Both the position numbers and the translations under genes were made by a program. From Bdellovibrio sp. (GTDB lineage: Bacteria > Bdellovibrionota > Bdellovibrionia > Bdellovibrionales > Bdellovibrionaceae), in contig JAKFCY010000002.1 of NCBI GenBank assembly GCA_036676395.1, positions 1,056,001 through 1,120,000 of the forward strand: a stretch of 64,000 nucleotides of DNA, given 5' to 3'. The notes under the pieces were generated by a model. That model was not told the origin of the DNA. It saw only the letters and a list, made by a program, of their open reading frames with translations, and searched no databases. Positions 1-10,426 of this stretch are shown here, piece after piece. Positions within the stretch are counted from its first letter, which is position 1. Each line of letters starts with the position of its first letter.

Positions 1-209
1 ATCTCAACGTTTTCAACATTTGGAACTTCAAATTTTTCGCCAGACTTGAAAGTGCGCTCTAAGTTTTGTCCAGTTAATAAATTTCTTAATTTTGTGCGTG
101 AGAACTGATTTCCTTTTCCCGGTTTAACGTGTTGGAAATCAACGATCACATAAGGATTACCTTCAACCATGATTTTTAAATTTTTTCTAAAATCTGCCGT
201 TTCGTACAT
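1..209 (-). CDS. efp: Elongation factor P (5' part; runs off the window edge)
   Basis: Not in the ORF track. Hand translation from ATG at 209: [47 protein letters not shown]..., with the EF-P KPGKG loop; GGAG RBS upstream. Confidence 0.97.
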   Translation of the reverse strand, partial: MYETADFRKNLKIMVEGNPYVIVDFQHVKPGKGNQFSRTKLRNLLTGQNLERTFKSGEKFEVPNVENVE

Positions 210-264
210 ACATACTCCAAAGTATTATTTATTTAAATATCTCATGAGTTTAGCTGCTAACGAG

Positions 265-1125
265 CTAGTTGTGAACTAATCGCTCGTTTTGCATGGCGAT
301 TATTCTGCGCAGCAGTAAATCGAGAGCTTTTTGTTTTTTCTCGATGATAAGTGCTTTTTTAGATTCAGAAATTTTTGATTCTGCTTTAGGGCGTATTTTT
401 TCAGCAGTTTCGTATTGCGAAAGCTTGAGTAAACGCGACTCGATTTCAGAATGAGCTCCGAATTCAGATTTGCATTCATAAAGCAATTTAAGCGCTTTAG
501 CGTAATCTTGGCGCATAGAAAAGGCATCTATCAAAGATAAAATACGCTCTAGTTTTGGCGATATTTGCCCAAACGGAGCCGTGCTTGGCTCTGGCGCAGA
601 TGGTTCTGGAACTTCAGCCATTTTATTTAACGATTGGGCTGAGAAATCCTTATCTGCATCGATGTCATCATCAGCAGTCAGCATTTCTAATTTTGCCACT
701 GCTTTGCGCGCCACTGGGTGCGTTTGATTAAACATTAATACTTTTTTAAAATCAGCTAACGCTTGTTTGTGGCGGCCCATGCGCACATAAAGATCAGCAC
801 GCATAAGGTAAGCTTGCCAGTTTTGCGGGGCTAGGCGAATCGATTTTCCGAGCAAGGCTTCAGCTTCGGGAAAATGATTTCTTGTTTTTAAAATGCGAGT
901 TAAAATTAACATTCCGCTGACAGAGTTTGGATGAAAATGTAAGCCCTTTTGAAGAATGTCATAGGCTTCATCAGTCATGTCTTTTTCTAAGTAAAGATCA
1001 GCTAATTGGGGAAAAGATAACGAACGTGGATTTTGCTCAAGCTCTGCTTGTAGGCTTTCGATTTTCTTCGTAGATAAATCTTTTTTAGGCATTCCATCTT
1101 GTGTCATCTGAATTAATTCTGGCAT
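265..1125 (-). CDS. Tetratricopeptide-repeat protein
   Basis: Several TPR-like helical pairs (LADLYLEK..EAY..LQKGL..HP; AYLMRADLY..GR..QALADFKKVL). Confidence 0.8.
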   Translation of the reverse strand: MPELIQMTQDGMPKKDLSTKKIESLQAELEQNPRSLSFPQLADLYLEKDMTDEAYDILQKGLHFHPNSVSGMLILTRILKTRNHFPEAEALLGKSIRLAPQNWQAYLMRADLYVRMGRHKQALADFKKVLMFNQTHPVARKAVAKLEMLTADDDIDADKDFSAQSLNKMAEVPEPSAPEPSTAPFGQISPKLERILSLIDAFSMRQDYAKALKLLYECKSEFGAHSEIESRLLKLSQYETAEKIRPKAESKISESKKALIIEKKQKALDLLLRRIIAMQNERLVHN

Positions 1126-1157
1126 TATATTGATTATGCTGCAAGCGTATATAGTAG

Positions 1158-1706
1158 GTGAAGATTATGATTATTTTAGGAATTGACCCAGGGTCACGAT
1201 TTTTAGGTTTTGCAGCGCTTGAAGTAACGAGTGCACAGCCACTTATCATGAAACCCCTTGAATACGGCGTTCTTAAATTTAACGCCGATGAAAACCTAAG
1301 CCAAAGATTATTAGAAATTGGCGAAGGCATTGCTGATCTAATGAAGAGTTACAAACCAGATCAGATGAGCTTAGAAAAAATCTTTTTAGGAAAAAATGCG
1401 GATAGCGCTTTTAAATTAGGTCACGCTCGTGGTGTGGTGATTTACGAAGCCCTAAAGGCAGGTGTCGAAGTTCATGAATACGCAACGCGTGTTGTGAAAA
1501 AAGGCATTACTGGCAACGGGGGATCTGAAAAAGAGCATGTGCGCTTAGTTGTGCAGAATCTTTTAAAACTTCCGCCGGTTAAATCTTTAGATGCCTCTGA
1601 TGCCTTGGCGATGGCTTGTTATCATGCTACACAATTACGTTTTACAGCGCTTAAGAAAACTATCGCAAAAGCGACCGGTAAGTCTAAAGGAGAGATATCA
1701 GCATGA
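1158..1706 (+). CDS. ruvC: Holliday junction resolvase RuvC (start may be ATG 1167)
   Basis: ILGIDPGS motif, KLGHARGV, DASDALAMA; first gene of ruvCAB. Confidence 0.97.
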   Translation: MKIMIILGIDPGSRFLGFAALEVTSAQPLIMKPLEYGVLKFNADENLSQRLLEIGEGIADLMKSYKPDQMSLEKIFLGKNADSAFKLGHARGVVIYEALKAGVEVHEYATRVVKKGITGNGGSEKEHVRLVVQNLLKLPPVKSLDASDALAMACYHATQLRFTALKKTIAKATGKSKGEISA

Positions 1707-2296
1707 TCGGATTTTTAGAAGGTACAGTATTTGATGTAACCGCTGATAATTTTATTTTAAAAGTAAATGGCGTGGGTTACGAAATCATGGCCACGACGCA
1801 AACTTTATCTGATGCCCAGGTTTTGATGGGGCAAACTTTACCGTTATGGATTTATTCGCACGTGCGTGAAGATGCGTTTTCACTTTTTGGTTTTTTGACA
1901 AAACCAGAAAAAGAATTTTTCATGCAATTATTAAAAGTAAACGGCATAGGGCCGAAGATGGCTTTAACCGCAATGTCTGGCGCGCCAATGGCGCAAATCC
2001 AAACTTGGATTGAAGCCGGCGACGCCAAAGCTTTATCGGGTCTTCCTAAGATCGGTAAAAAAACGGCAGAACAAATCGTTTTAACTCTTCAAGGCAAACT
2101 TGTGATTATTGAAACTAAAGGTAAAGCCGGTGTTAAAGCCAGACCTGAAACTCACAGACAAATTGCTTCGGCTTTAGTGAATTTAGGTTTTAAGTCAAAT
2201 TTAGTAGAGCAATTTGTTGATTCAGTTCCTGTAAGCGCCACTTTAGAAGATGGCGTTCGCCAAGGATTACAAAAATTGACTGGCCAGACGTTATGA
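1703..2296 (+). CDS. ruvA: Holliday junction branch migration protein RuvA
   Basis: MIGFLEG, VNGVGYEI, VREDA, VNGIGPK, GIGKKTA-like HhH motifs. Confidence 0.97.
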   Translation: MIGFLEGTVFDVTADNFILKVNGVGYEIMATTQTLSDAQVLMGQTLPLWIYSHVREDAFSLFGFLTKPEKEFFMQLLKVNGIGPKMALTAMSGAPMAQIQTWIEAGDAKALSGLPKIGKKTAEQIVLTLQGKLVIIETKGKAGVKARPETHRQIASALVNLGFKSNLVEQFVDSVPVSATLEDGVRQGLQKLTGQTL

Positions 2297-3291
2297 CAAG
2301 AATTATTGAATCGGGTCAATTCGAGGCCGAAACAAAATGGGAAAACAAACTTCGTCCGCAAAAGTTCGAAGAGTTTCCTGGCCAAGATGAAGTTAAAGAA
2401 AAACTTAAAGTGTTTTTGCAGGCGGCAAAAAACCGTAAAGAGCCACTTGATCACACGCTGTTGTTTGGCCCACCAGGATTAGGTAAAACTACGCTTGCGC
2501 AAATTATCGCCCATGAATTAGATGTTGAAATTAAAATCACTTCAGCTCCGGCGATTGATAAAAAAGGTGATTTAGCAGCCATTTTAACAAGTTTAAAACC
2601 ATTTTCGATTTTATTTATTGATGAGATTCATAGATTGCACACTTCGATTGAAGAGTATTTGTATACAGCAATGGAAGACTATTACATTGATATCGTGACG
2701 GGCGAAGGTTTAGGGGCGATGTCGATGAAATTTCAATTAGCCCCGTTTACTTTGATCGGTGCTACGACACGTGCAGGGTTATTAGATAATCCATTTCGCG
2801 ATCGTTTCGGTATTCAAGAGCGTTTACAGTTTTATGATAAAAGCTCGTTACAGCAAATTTTAATTCGCTCAGCTAAATTACTAGAATTAGAAATGGAGCC
2901 CAACGGCGCTGAAGAAATCGCTCGCCGTGCGCGCGGAACTCCGCGTGTAGCCAATCGTTTGTTAAAACGTGTGCGTGATTATGCGCAAGTTAAAGGTAAC
3001 GGCGTGGTTACAGAAAAAATCGCTTTATATGCCCTTGATCAATTAGGGGTCGATAAACATGGCTTAGACGATATGGATCGTCGTATTTTAAAATTAATGG
3101 CAGAAAAATATGAAGGCGGCCCAGTGGGAATTGAAACCATGGCAGCAGCTTTGGGTGAAGACCGCGAAACGTTGGAAGAAGTTTACGAGCCTTTCTTAAT
3201 TCAAGAAGGCTTAATTCAAAAAACACCTCGCGGAAGAACATTGACCCAGTATGCAAAGGACTTAGATGTTTTTTCAAAAAACAATTCGTAA
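2293..3291 (+). CDS. ruvB: Holliday junction helicase RuvB
   Basis: LRP, GPPGLGKTT, FIDEIHRL, GATTRAG, RGTPR, EPFL..TPRGR motifs. Confidence 0.99.
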   Translation: MTRIIESGQFEAETKWENKLRPQKFEEFPGQDEVKEKLKVFLQAAKNRKEPLDHTLLFGPPGLGKTTLAQIIAHELDVEIKITSAPAIDKKGDLAAILTSLKPFSILFIDEIHRLHTSIEEYLYTAMEDYYIDIVTGEGLGAMSMKFQLAPFTLIGATTRAGLLDNPFRDRFGIQERLQFYDKSSLQQILIRSAKLLELEMEPNGAEEIARRARGTPRVANRLLKRVRDYAQVKGNGVVTEKIALYALDQLGVDKHGLDDMDRRILKLMAEKYEGGPVGIETMAAALGEDRETLEEVYEPFLIQEGLIQKTPRGRTLTQYAKDLDVFSKNNS

Positions 3292-4171
3292 AACAGTAGA
3301 AGTAAAAGGTGTCGGCATTCACTCAGGCGAACCGTGCACATTACGTTTTAAACCAGCTCCGGCAAACACGGGTGTCTATTTTATTCGCGCCGATTTGCCA
3401 GGAAAACCATTTTTAAAAGTTTCAGCCACCAACGTGCAGGCTGTCAGTTACCAAACCGTTGTGGGTGGTGATATGTTTAAGGTGGCAACGATTGAACACT
3501 GTGTTTCATCGTTATCAGCCTTAAGAATTGATAATATATATATTGAATTAGACGGTCCAGAGATTCCGATCTGCGATGGCAGTTCAATTTATTTCACACA
3601 AGCTTTAATGAACGCAGAACTTATCGAATTAGATGAGCCCAGAAAATACTGTTATATCACTGAACCGATCAGTTATTCTGAAGGCGATAAACATGCCTAC
3701 GTGCTTCCATATTACGGGTTACGTATTGCTGTGACTATTGATTTTCCGCATCCTGTGATCGGTAAAGAAACTATTGATTTAGAAATTACCGAACAATCTT
3801 TTGCCCGTGAAATTGCACCAGCAAGAACTTTTGGATTTTTAAAAGACGTCGAACAATTAAAAGCCTCTGGTTTAGCTAAGGGTGGTTCATTAGATAATTG
3901 TATTGTGTTGGATGACACTAAAGTGATTAATCCAGATGGTTTACGTTACAAAGATGAATTTGTTCGCCATAAAGTATTAGATGCCTTAGGCGATTTAGTG
4001 ACTTTAGAAATGCCATTGATGGGTCATTTAATTTTACATAAAGCAGGTCATGATATTATGAACAAATTAGTTCGTAAAATCGTATCCCAACCGCAAAGCT
4101 ACCGTTTTGTTGAATTAGGCGCCGATGTGTCAAGCGAGATGAAAAAATTCTCTCAGTGGAGCGTAAGCTAA
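3266..4171 (+). CDS. lpxC: UDP-3-O-acyl-GlcNAc deacetylase
   Basis: GVGIHSG, TIEH, EIPICDGS, ARTFGF, EFVRHKVLDALGD, KAGH motifs. Confidence 0.98.
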   Translation: MFFQKTIRKTVEVKGVGIHSGEPCTLRFKPAPANTGVYFIRADLPGKPFLKVSATNVQAVSYQTVVGGDMFKVATIEHCVSSLSALRIDNIYIELDGPEIPICDGSSIYFTQALMNAELIELDEPRKYCYITEPISYSEGDKHAYVLPYYGLRIAVTIDFPHPVIGKETIDLEITEQSFAREIAPARTFGFLKDVEQLKASGLAKGGSLDNCIVLDDTKVINPDGLRYKDEFVRHKVLDALGDLVTLEMPLMGHLILHKAGHDIMNKLVRKIVSQPQSYRFVELGADVSSEMKKFSQWSVS

Positions 4172-4175
4172 AAAC

Positions 4176-4610
4176 ATGGGGATGAAGTTATCTCCTGCAG
4201 CTGATGTTTTTGTTTTAAATTCAGAAAATAAAGTTTTATTAGTCAAAAGAACCGACAACGGTTTTTGGTGTTTGCCTGGTGGCAAGCAAGACCTTGGCGA
4301 AACACCGGCAGAATGCGCCGTTCGTGAATGTTTCGAAGAGTCAGGTTATAAAGTTAAAATCACAGGTTTATTAGGCGTGTACAGCTCGCAATGTTACGAA
4401 TACAAAAATTACCCCTGGAAAGACAACGAGTTCTGCCATGTCTGTTATCGCGCCGAAGTGATTGGTGGCGAACCGACTTTATCGCATGAAACCAGCGAAA
4501 TCGGCTGGTTTGCAGAAAACGAAATTCCACCTTTGTCAGACGGGCATGATGTGCGCATAGCGTTTGGATTTAAAATGCGTAACGAAAAATTCAACGGCCA
4601 TTTCGAATAA
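4176..4610 (+). CDS. NUDIX hydrolase
   Basis: Nudix box GGKQDLGETPAECAVRECFEESG. Confidence 0.92.
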   Translation: MGMKLSPAADVFVLNSENKVLLVKRTDNGFWCLPGGKQDLGETPAECAVRECFEESGYKVKITGLLGVYSSQCYEYKNYPWKDNEFCHVCYRAEVIGGEPTLSHETSEIGWFAENEIPPLSDGHDVRIAFGFKMRNEKFNGHFE

Positions 4611-4615
4611 ATAAA

Positions 4616-4672
4616 TGCTTATAAAACGACACTCGGGGTTTCAGTCAACATTGTTGACCTAAACCCCGAGCG
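4616..4672. repeat. Intergenic palindromic element, copy 1
   Basis: TGCTTATAAAACGA followed by the 43-bp imperfect palindrome CACTCGGGGTTTCAGTCAACATTGTTGACCTAAACCCCGAGCG (4630-4672); homologous to 16709-16765. Confidence 0.8.
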
Positions 4673-4733
4673 AAAAAAATGACACATTATTATTCACTTG
4701 TGGAAAGGTTTTAATTCTTTAAAACTGCTTGGC

Positions 4734-5144
4734 ATGGCTTTTAAAAAAGTGAATGAAAATACGCCGTTTACTAAAGCGGTGATTAAGATGGTTAAAAAGA
4801 TTCCTAAAGGAAAAGTGGCTAGCTACGGGCAAATCGCCAAGATTTCGGGGAACGCTGGTGGTTCGCGTGGGGTTGCGTGGATTTTACATGCGTGTTCGAA
4901 GAAGTATAGACTGCCCTGGCATAGGGTGGTTAATTCGCAAGGTAAGATCTCTTTTGATAAAACGACGAAAGAATTTAGAAACCAGAAAAATCTTTTGCAA
5001 AAAGAAGGCGTGGTTTTTTCTGACAGCAGCGTGGTTAATTTTAAAAAGTTTCGCTGGAGTAAAATGAAGGCTCCGAAAAGAAAAATTTCGGCGGCTATTT
5101 CTGGTGAAACACCGGCAAAAAAACAGCCTAAAATGTTTGGATAA
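4734..5144 (+). CDS. Alkyltransferase-like (MGMT/YbaZ/Atl1 family) protein
   Basis: IPKGKVASYGQIA...PWHRVVN; Trp replaces the active-site Cys, as in ATL proteins. ATG 4734 preferred over TTG 4698. Confidence 0.9.
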   Translation: MAFKKVNENTPFTKAVIKMVKKIPKGKVASYGQIAKISGNAGGSRGVAWILHACSKKYRLPWHRVVNSQGKISFDKTTKEFRNQKNLLQKEGVVFSDSSVVNFKKFRWSKMKAPKRKISAAISGETPAKKQPKMFG

Positions 5145-5147
5145 ATT

Positions 5148-5486
5148 ATGAAATATAAAATGTATGGAATTCCTAATTGTGACACGGTTAAAAAAGCGCG
5201 CGTGGCTTTAGAGAAAAAGAAAATTGATTATGACTTTGTTGATTTTAAAAAGACTCCACCAACTGCTGATGATTTAAAACGTTGGGAAAAAGCTTTTGGT
5301 GAATTGCCGGCGAATAAAAAAGGGCCTACTTTTCGTAAAATTAAAGAAGAATTTGAGTCGGCAAGTTATCATGAACAGGTTAATTTATTGTTAAAAAACA
5401 GTTCAGCAATCAAACGGCCAATACTTGAGTCAAATAGCAAAGTAGTGTGTTTTGGCTATGATGATGAGATTTATAAAAAAATTTAA
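5148..5486 (+). CDS. ArsC/Spx (YffB-like) family protein
   Basis: YGIPNCDTVKKAR ... IKRPIL. Confidence 0.9.
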   Translation: MKYKMYGIPNCDTVKKARVALEKKKIDYDFVDFKKTPPTADDLKRWEKAFGELPANKKGPTFRKIKEEFESASYHEQVNLLLKNSSAIKRPILESNSKVVCFGYDDEIYKKI

Positions 5487-5575
5487 ACCCGTTGACCTTA
5501 GCGTCACGAATTAAGAAACGCATATACCTAGACACATTTCTCGATGGGCATACGATATGATTGGAGGACTTGTTT

Positions 5576-6874
5576 ATGGACGGCACCACAGTTAACGCCC
5601 TAGAGATTATCAGAGATATATATAATGTCGATCAGCTATTGTCCGGTAAAAAATATATTCGCGAGTTAGTAAAAAGATTAGCACAAACTTTGAAAGTAAA
5701 ATTTGTTATGGTTGGACATGCGATTGAACCATTCGCGAAAAGTGTTCAAACAGATTATCTATTTGCGAATGGAAAATTTGTCGACAATGTCATTTACGGA
5801 CTTGAAGGAACGCCGTGCACAGAAGTTTTATGTGGAACGCGCGTGAATTGTTACAGCGCGAATGTGCAAGCGCAATTTCCTCATGATCAGATGCTCAAGG
5901 ATATGAATGTTGAATGTTATATGGGAGCACCTTTTTTACATACGGATGGTGGTCTGATAGGGTTACTGGTCATTATGGATGACCGTCCTTTTCAGGATTT
6001 AGATTTGGCCACAGCTGTTGTTGAATTTTTTGCAGCTCGTATCGGAACTGAGTACCGCAGATTAGCCGCTGAAGAGTCGTTAAAGCGAAGCAATGTAGAT
6101 TTAGAAAAACTTGTCGAGACGCGCACTAAACAGCTTATCTCGCAAGAAAAATTGGCCACGATTGGACGTATAACTTTGGGAATTGCTCATGAGCTGAAAA
6201 ATCCGTTGAATATAATTATCAACGGTTCAGAACTTTTGCAGGAATCGGGTGTCGACGCTGCGGATCGCCGACGCACATTAGATATGATTCGCCAACACGG
6301 GCTTCGGGCAAATGATATTATCACTAGCATGCTTAAACAGGCTAGACAGGATGCGGACATGACGCCAGAGAGCGTGGATATGTCAAATTTACTTAGGCAC
6401 GCTTTGGATGTTTTCTTAAAATCGATGACTGATTTAGATCTCAAAGCAAAGCTCACTCAGAAAATTAATATCGCACCGCAAGTGCAGGCAAACCTGATTG
6501 ACGTGCCAGCGATCGAACGAGTTTTCATTAATATCATAGATAATGCAGCTTATGCTCTTGGCGAAAAATTACTTAAATCACCATCATCGTTTAAACCCGA
6601 ATTGCAGGTTGAACTGAGTTTTCAAAACTCACGCTGTCGAATTCGCGTCAGAGATAATGGCATTGGCATACCCACAAAACATCTGACACATGTTTGTGAT
6701 GAATTTTACACAACGAAGCCGCCTGGCGAGGGAACGGGCTTAGGTTTATGGGTTGTAAAACAGAATATAGAAAAAAACCGCGGATCTATTAAGATTGAAA
6801 GCCGTGAAAATGAATTTACTGAAGTTGTCATCGAGCTACCAGCACAGGGGCGTGTGGCCGAGGTTGGTTTATGA
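5576..6874 (+). CDS. Cytoplasmic sensor histidine kinase with an N-terminal GAF-like domain
   Basis: AHELKNPL H-box, NIIDNA N-box, DNGIG, FYTTKP, GTGLGL; LEGTPC..V GAF-like input; GGAGG RBS before ATG 5576. Confidence 0.92.
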   Translation: MDGTTVNALEIIRDIYNVDQLLSGKKYIRELVKRLAQTLKVKFVMVGHAIEPFAKSVQTDYLFANGKFVDNVIYGLEGTPCTEVLCGTRVNCYSANVQAQFPHDQMLKDMNVECYMGAPFLHTDGGLIGLLVIMDDRPFQDLDLATAVVEFFAARIGTEYRRLAAEESLKRSNVDLEKLVETRTKQLISQEKLATIGRITLGIAHELKNPLNIIINGSELLQESGVDAADRRRTLDMIRQHGLRANDIITSMLKQARQDADMTPESVDMSNLLRHALDVFLKSMTDLDLKAKLTQKINIAPQVQANLIDVPAIERVFINIIDNAAYALGEKLLKSPSSFKPELQVELSFQNSRCRIRVRDNGIGIPTKHLTHVCDEFYTTKPPGEGTGLGLWVVKQNIEKNRGSIKIESRENEFTEVVIELPAQGRVAEVGL

Positions 6875-7278
6875 CGGCAACCACTCCTTTAGATATTGTG
6901 ATGGTTGATGATGAATCTAGTGTGGGAACTTTATATGAAATGAAATTTCGTAAGCCGATTCAAAAAGGCCATATTCGCTTTCACTTTTTTGAAAATGCAA
7001 AAGACTGCTTAGATTACCTTAAACAATCACCGAGGCATCATGGGTCGGAAGTGCTGCTAACTGACATCAACATGCCTGAAGTCTCTGGGTTTGAATTGTT
7101 AACTAAAGTTAAACAAAATTTTCCAGACATTAATGTCTTTATGATGAGTGCTTATGACGATGAGTCGAGTATTCGAAAATCGATGCAGCTGGGGGCGAGT
7201 GGTTATTTCACTAAGCCTGTAAATTATAAAGAGCTGCAATCTCGGATAGAGGCTGATTATGGAGTCAGCCTCTCGTAA
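6871..7278 (+). CDS. Single-domain response regulator
   Basis: VDDE, TDINMP, SAY and KP receiver motifs; ATGA overlap with the kinase. Confidence 0.93.
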   Translation: MTATTPLDIVMVDDESSVGTLYEMKFRKPIQKGHIRFHFFENAKDCLDYLKQSPRHHGSEVLLTDINMPEVSGFELLTKVKQNFPDINVFMMSAYDDESSIRKSMQLGASGYFTKPVNYKELQSRIEADYGVSLS

Positions 7279-7342
7279 TTTCACTTATGCCTAAAAGCTG
7301 TGCATAAATTCCATAGCTCAAGCCTTCAAAAAATTAGATTAA

Positions 7343-7386
7343 TTGCCCTTTTTGAGAGGCGCTGGTAGCTTCGTGGTCTCTCAAAA
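7343..7386 (+). promoter_or_regulatory. Putative sigma70 promoter of ald overlapped by an inverted repeat
   Basis: TTGCCC-N17-TAGCTT (7343-7371) with an extended TG; TTTTGAGAG (7350-7358) and CTCTCAAAA (7378-7386) form a dyad. Confidence 0.45.
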
Positions 7387-7453
7387 TTTAACCACGCGAG
7401 CGCCTTGGGTGTGAGCGGGAAAAAGTCGTGCTTAATGCACGCAGGAGTACAGT

Positions 7454-8560
7454 ATGATTATCGGAGTTCCAAAGGAAATTAAAATCAGCGAAAACCGCGT
7501 TGGTATGACTGAAGCGGGTGCTAAACAGTTCACTAAAGAGGGTCACAAAGTGATCATCGAAAAAGATGCTGGTGTTGGCAGCGGTATTACGAATGAGCAA
7601 TACGAAAAAGCTGGCGCAACTATCATTGATACTAAAAAAGAAGTTTACGCTAAAGCTGATATGATCATGAAAGTGAAAGAACCACTTCCTGCTGAATATG
7701 AATTAATGCGCGAAAACCAAATCATGTACACGTACCTTCACTTAGCTGCTGAACCTGAATTAACTAAAGTGTTATGTCAGAAAAAAGTTAAAGCGATCGC
7801 TTACGAAACTATTCAATTAGAAAATGGTTCTTTGCCATTATTAACTCCGATGTCTGAAGTTGCAGGCCGCATGGCAACTCAGGTTGGTGCTTTCTATTTA
7901 CAAAAAGATCACGGTGGCAAAGGTATTTTATTAGGTGGTGTAACAGGAGTTATGCCAGGTAAAGTAACGATCATCGGTGGTGGTGTTGTAGGAACAAATG
8001 CCGCGAAAATGGCCGTAGGTCTTGGCGCACAAGTTACAATCTTAGACGTATCAACGGCTCGTTTAGAGTACTTAGATGATATTTTTCAAGGTCGCGCACA
8101 AACTTTATTCTCTAATGCAAAAAATATCGAAGAAGCAGTTCTTGATTCTGACTTAGTTGTTGGTGGTGTACTTATCACTGGTCACAAAGCTCCGACATTG
8201 GTGACTAAAGACATGATCTCAGGAATGAGAAAAGGTTCTGTAGTTGTAGACGTTGCGGTTGACCAAGGTGGTTGTATCGAGACTTGCCGTCCGACTTCAC
8301 ACACGACACCAACTTATGAAGTTGATGGCGTAATCCATTACTGTGTACCTAATATGCCAGGTGTTGTGCCTCGTACTTCAACTTACGCTTTAACTAACGT
8401 AACTTTAAAATACGGTTCAATGATCGCAGCTATGGGTGTTGAAGATGCTATCGCTAAAAACAAACCTTTAATGAAAGGTTTAAATGTTTACGGCGGCTAC
8501 GTATGTTACGAGCCAGTAGCTAAAGATTTAGGTATGGAATACCGTCCGTACAAAATCTAG
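7454..8560 (+). CDS. ald: Alanine dehydrogenase
   Basis: [41 protein letters not shown]. Confidence 0.98.
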   Translation: MIIGVPKEIKISENRVGMTEAGAKQFTKEGHKVIIEKDAGVGSGITNEQYEKAGATIIDTKKEVYAKADMIMKVKEPLPAEYELMRENQIMYTYLHLAAEPELTKVLCQKKVKAIAYETIQLENGSLPLLTPMSEVAGRMATQVGAFYLQKDHGGKGILLGGVTGVMPGKVTIIGGGVVGTNAAKMAVGLGAQVTILDVSTARLEYLDDIFQGRAQTLFSNAKNIEEAVLDSDLVVGGVLITGHKAPTLVTKDMISGMRKGSVVVDVAVDQGGCIETCRPTSHTTPTYEVDGVIHYCVPNMPGVVPRTSTYALTNVTLKYGSMIAAMGVEDAIAKNKPLMKGLNVYGGYVCYEPVAKDLGMEYRPYKI

Positions 8561-9289
8561 TTAGTATGCTATCGCAGTGTTGCCCCAGTCTTCAGTTTTG
8601 ATCAGGGGCACACGGTGTATATGTAATCTCAGTAAAACCTCTTTATGAGGGTGATTAAATTTGGCCATACGTGATTGCACGATGGCCATTTTTATTTGTG
8701 GCAGGTTCTTTAAGAGTAAATCGCTGGTGCTTGTGCGGCTGCCGTGATGACCTAACAGTAAGTAATCAATTTTGTGCGTTTTAAGGCGATTAGCCCAGGT
8801 TTTTTCCATCTTTTTAGAAGAGTCGCCCGGGATTAAAATATTTTTGTATCTGTACACCAAAGAGCTATCGTTCTTATTCGAAAAATCACTGGGTTTAAAG
8901 ATACGCTCTTGCTGTAAGTCATCCGACTTTGCACATAAGGGAATCTTGCGGGTTAAACGTTTTGCGGGAATCGATGTGTGATCAAGCTCACTCCAGCAGA
9001 TTTTAGGAATATATTTAACCAACATCGAATAATAAGCGTAATGATCTAAATCTGGATGCGATAAACTTAAAGTGTTTTGTTTGTTTTTGCAGAGTTTTAA
9101 AAATAAATTCTGATTTTTTCTCCAGGGCCCGAGTTCGCCGCCAAAATCAAAGTGCTTACATTCATCAGGTGTGACGGCAGTGATCCATTGCCCTTGGCCA
9201 ACATTCCAAAAGATCACGTATAAATACGATGATTTATTTGCACATATAGTCGAATGCAGAAATAGCCAAAAAAATATTAATTTAGACAT
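8561..9289 (-). CDS. ComEC/Rec2-type metallo-beta-lactamase domain protein
   Basis: NVGQG, SHPDLDH, NDSSLV, GD, GHHGS, HPH motifs of the ComEC C-terminal domain. Confidence 0.85.
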   Translation of the reverse strand: MSKLIFFWLFLHSTICANKSSYLYVIFWNVGQGQWITAVTPDECKHFDFGGELGPWRKNQNLFLKLCKNKQNTLSLSHPDLDHYAYYSMLVKYIPKICWSELDHTSIPAKRLTRKIPLCAKSDDLQQERIFKPSDFSNKNDSSLVYRYKNILIPGDSSKKMEKTWANRLKTHKIDYLLLGHHGSRTSTSDLLLKNLPQIKMAIVQSRMAKFNHPHKEVLLRLHIHRVPLIKTEDWGNTAIAY

Positions 9290-10173
9290 GTCACTGGCTT
9301 TCTTGTGAAATAATTTAAAAATAAGTGAAGCGCGATAATTAATACCCAGTTAATAAAAATCATTTTTTCGCTATCGTAAGGGCGAAAAATCACGGTGAGT
9401 TCAAGTTTAGATAAAATCATATTCAAACTAACTATTAAAAAATCGAATATTGAGCCTAAAAATGGAAATAGAAATACAGCTAAAGCGAGCGGAAATAAAA
9501 CGTACTCTAAAAATTTAGTGAAAAGGGTGGAGACCCCGATGGATGCCGGTTGTGGAATACCAATAAAATTAAATGTCGCTAAGTATTGAAAATAGAAAAT
9601 AGAATTTTTTAAAAACGAATTTGCCTTGGCGAAAAAATAACCGATCACACTTAAAGTCAGGGCTGCAATCCAGCTCATTTGCAGCGATAAAGAATTGATC
9701 CACGCTGGCGAAAGGATTAAACAAATCAAACCCGACACTAAAACTAGGTTTTCAGTTTTCCATTTTAAATTTATTTTTTCAATAACTGCTAAAATGAGCA
9801 GCGCTATAAAACTGCGCATGATGGGCGGATTGAAATTGCAAATGCCACAGTACAAAAATAAGAGCGAAAATGTAGCTACTTTGTTACATAATAAATATAG
9901 AATTATTTTTCGCAAAATCATGAGGTGAGATGCCGATACAACAAATAAATGAATTAGCCCCGACGCGATTAATAAATTCGACTGCGCAGGGTCAGAAAAG
10001 TTTTTTCCGCACACTAAAGCTTGTAAGGATTCAAAAGATCTTACATGGTCGGACGCTGCTTCAACACAAGCCGAATGGAGTTGTGAACAAAATCCGATCA
10101 AAAAATCAATAACCGAAAAGCGGATGGTGTGTGATATTAACACTATGTAGATTAAAATATAGACGAAGTTCAT
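9277..10173 (-). CDS. comEC: ComEC/Rec2 competence membrane domain protein
   Basis: Multi-pass membrane protein with GLIHLFVVSASH (consensus GxxHxxxxSGxH), PPIMRS and SLQMSW. Confidence 0.8.
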   Translation of the reverse strand: MNFVYILIYIVLISHTIRFSVIDFLIGFCSQLHSACVEAASDHVRSFESLQALVCGKNFSDPAQSNLLIASGLIHLFVVSASHLMILRKIILYLLCNKVATFSLLFLYCGICNFNPPIMRSFIALLILAVIEKINLKWKTENLVLVSGLICLILSPAWINSLSLQMSWIAALTLSVIGYFFAKANSFLKNSIFYFQYLATFNFIGIPQPASIGVSTLFTKFLEYVLFPLALAVFLFPFLGSIFDFLIVSLNMILSKLELTVIFRPYDSEKMIFINWVLIIALHLFLNYFTRKPVTCLN

Positions 10174-10426
10174 GCGTTCTATGCAATTGCAAAGCGCACA
10201 AATTTAAGATTTCTAAAATTTTTTTTAAGATTTATTGGCTTTTTTAGAAATGATTAATTTAATCAAATACTTAACTGAGGTTGAATTATAAGCAAATCGC
10301 TGAAAACACTGATAATCAACGGGTCCAAAGTCCAGAAACATGAGTTAATAACATTTTATGTGGATAAGTCGGATAACTTTATTGAATTAGGTTCAAGAGT
10401 TGAGTTTAATTATATCAGGGGGCGAC

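Noticed and set aside
4630..4672. Integron attC site
   Set aside because: Lacks RYYYAAC/GTTRRRY ends; no integrase or cassette array.
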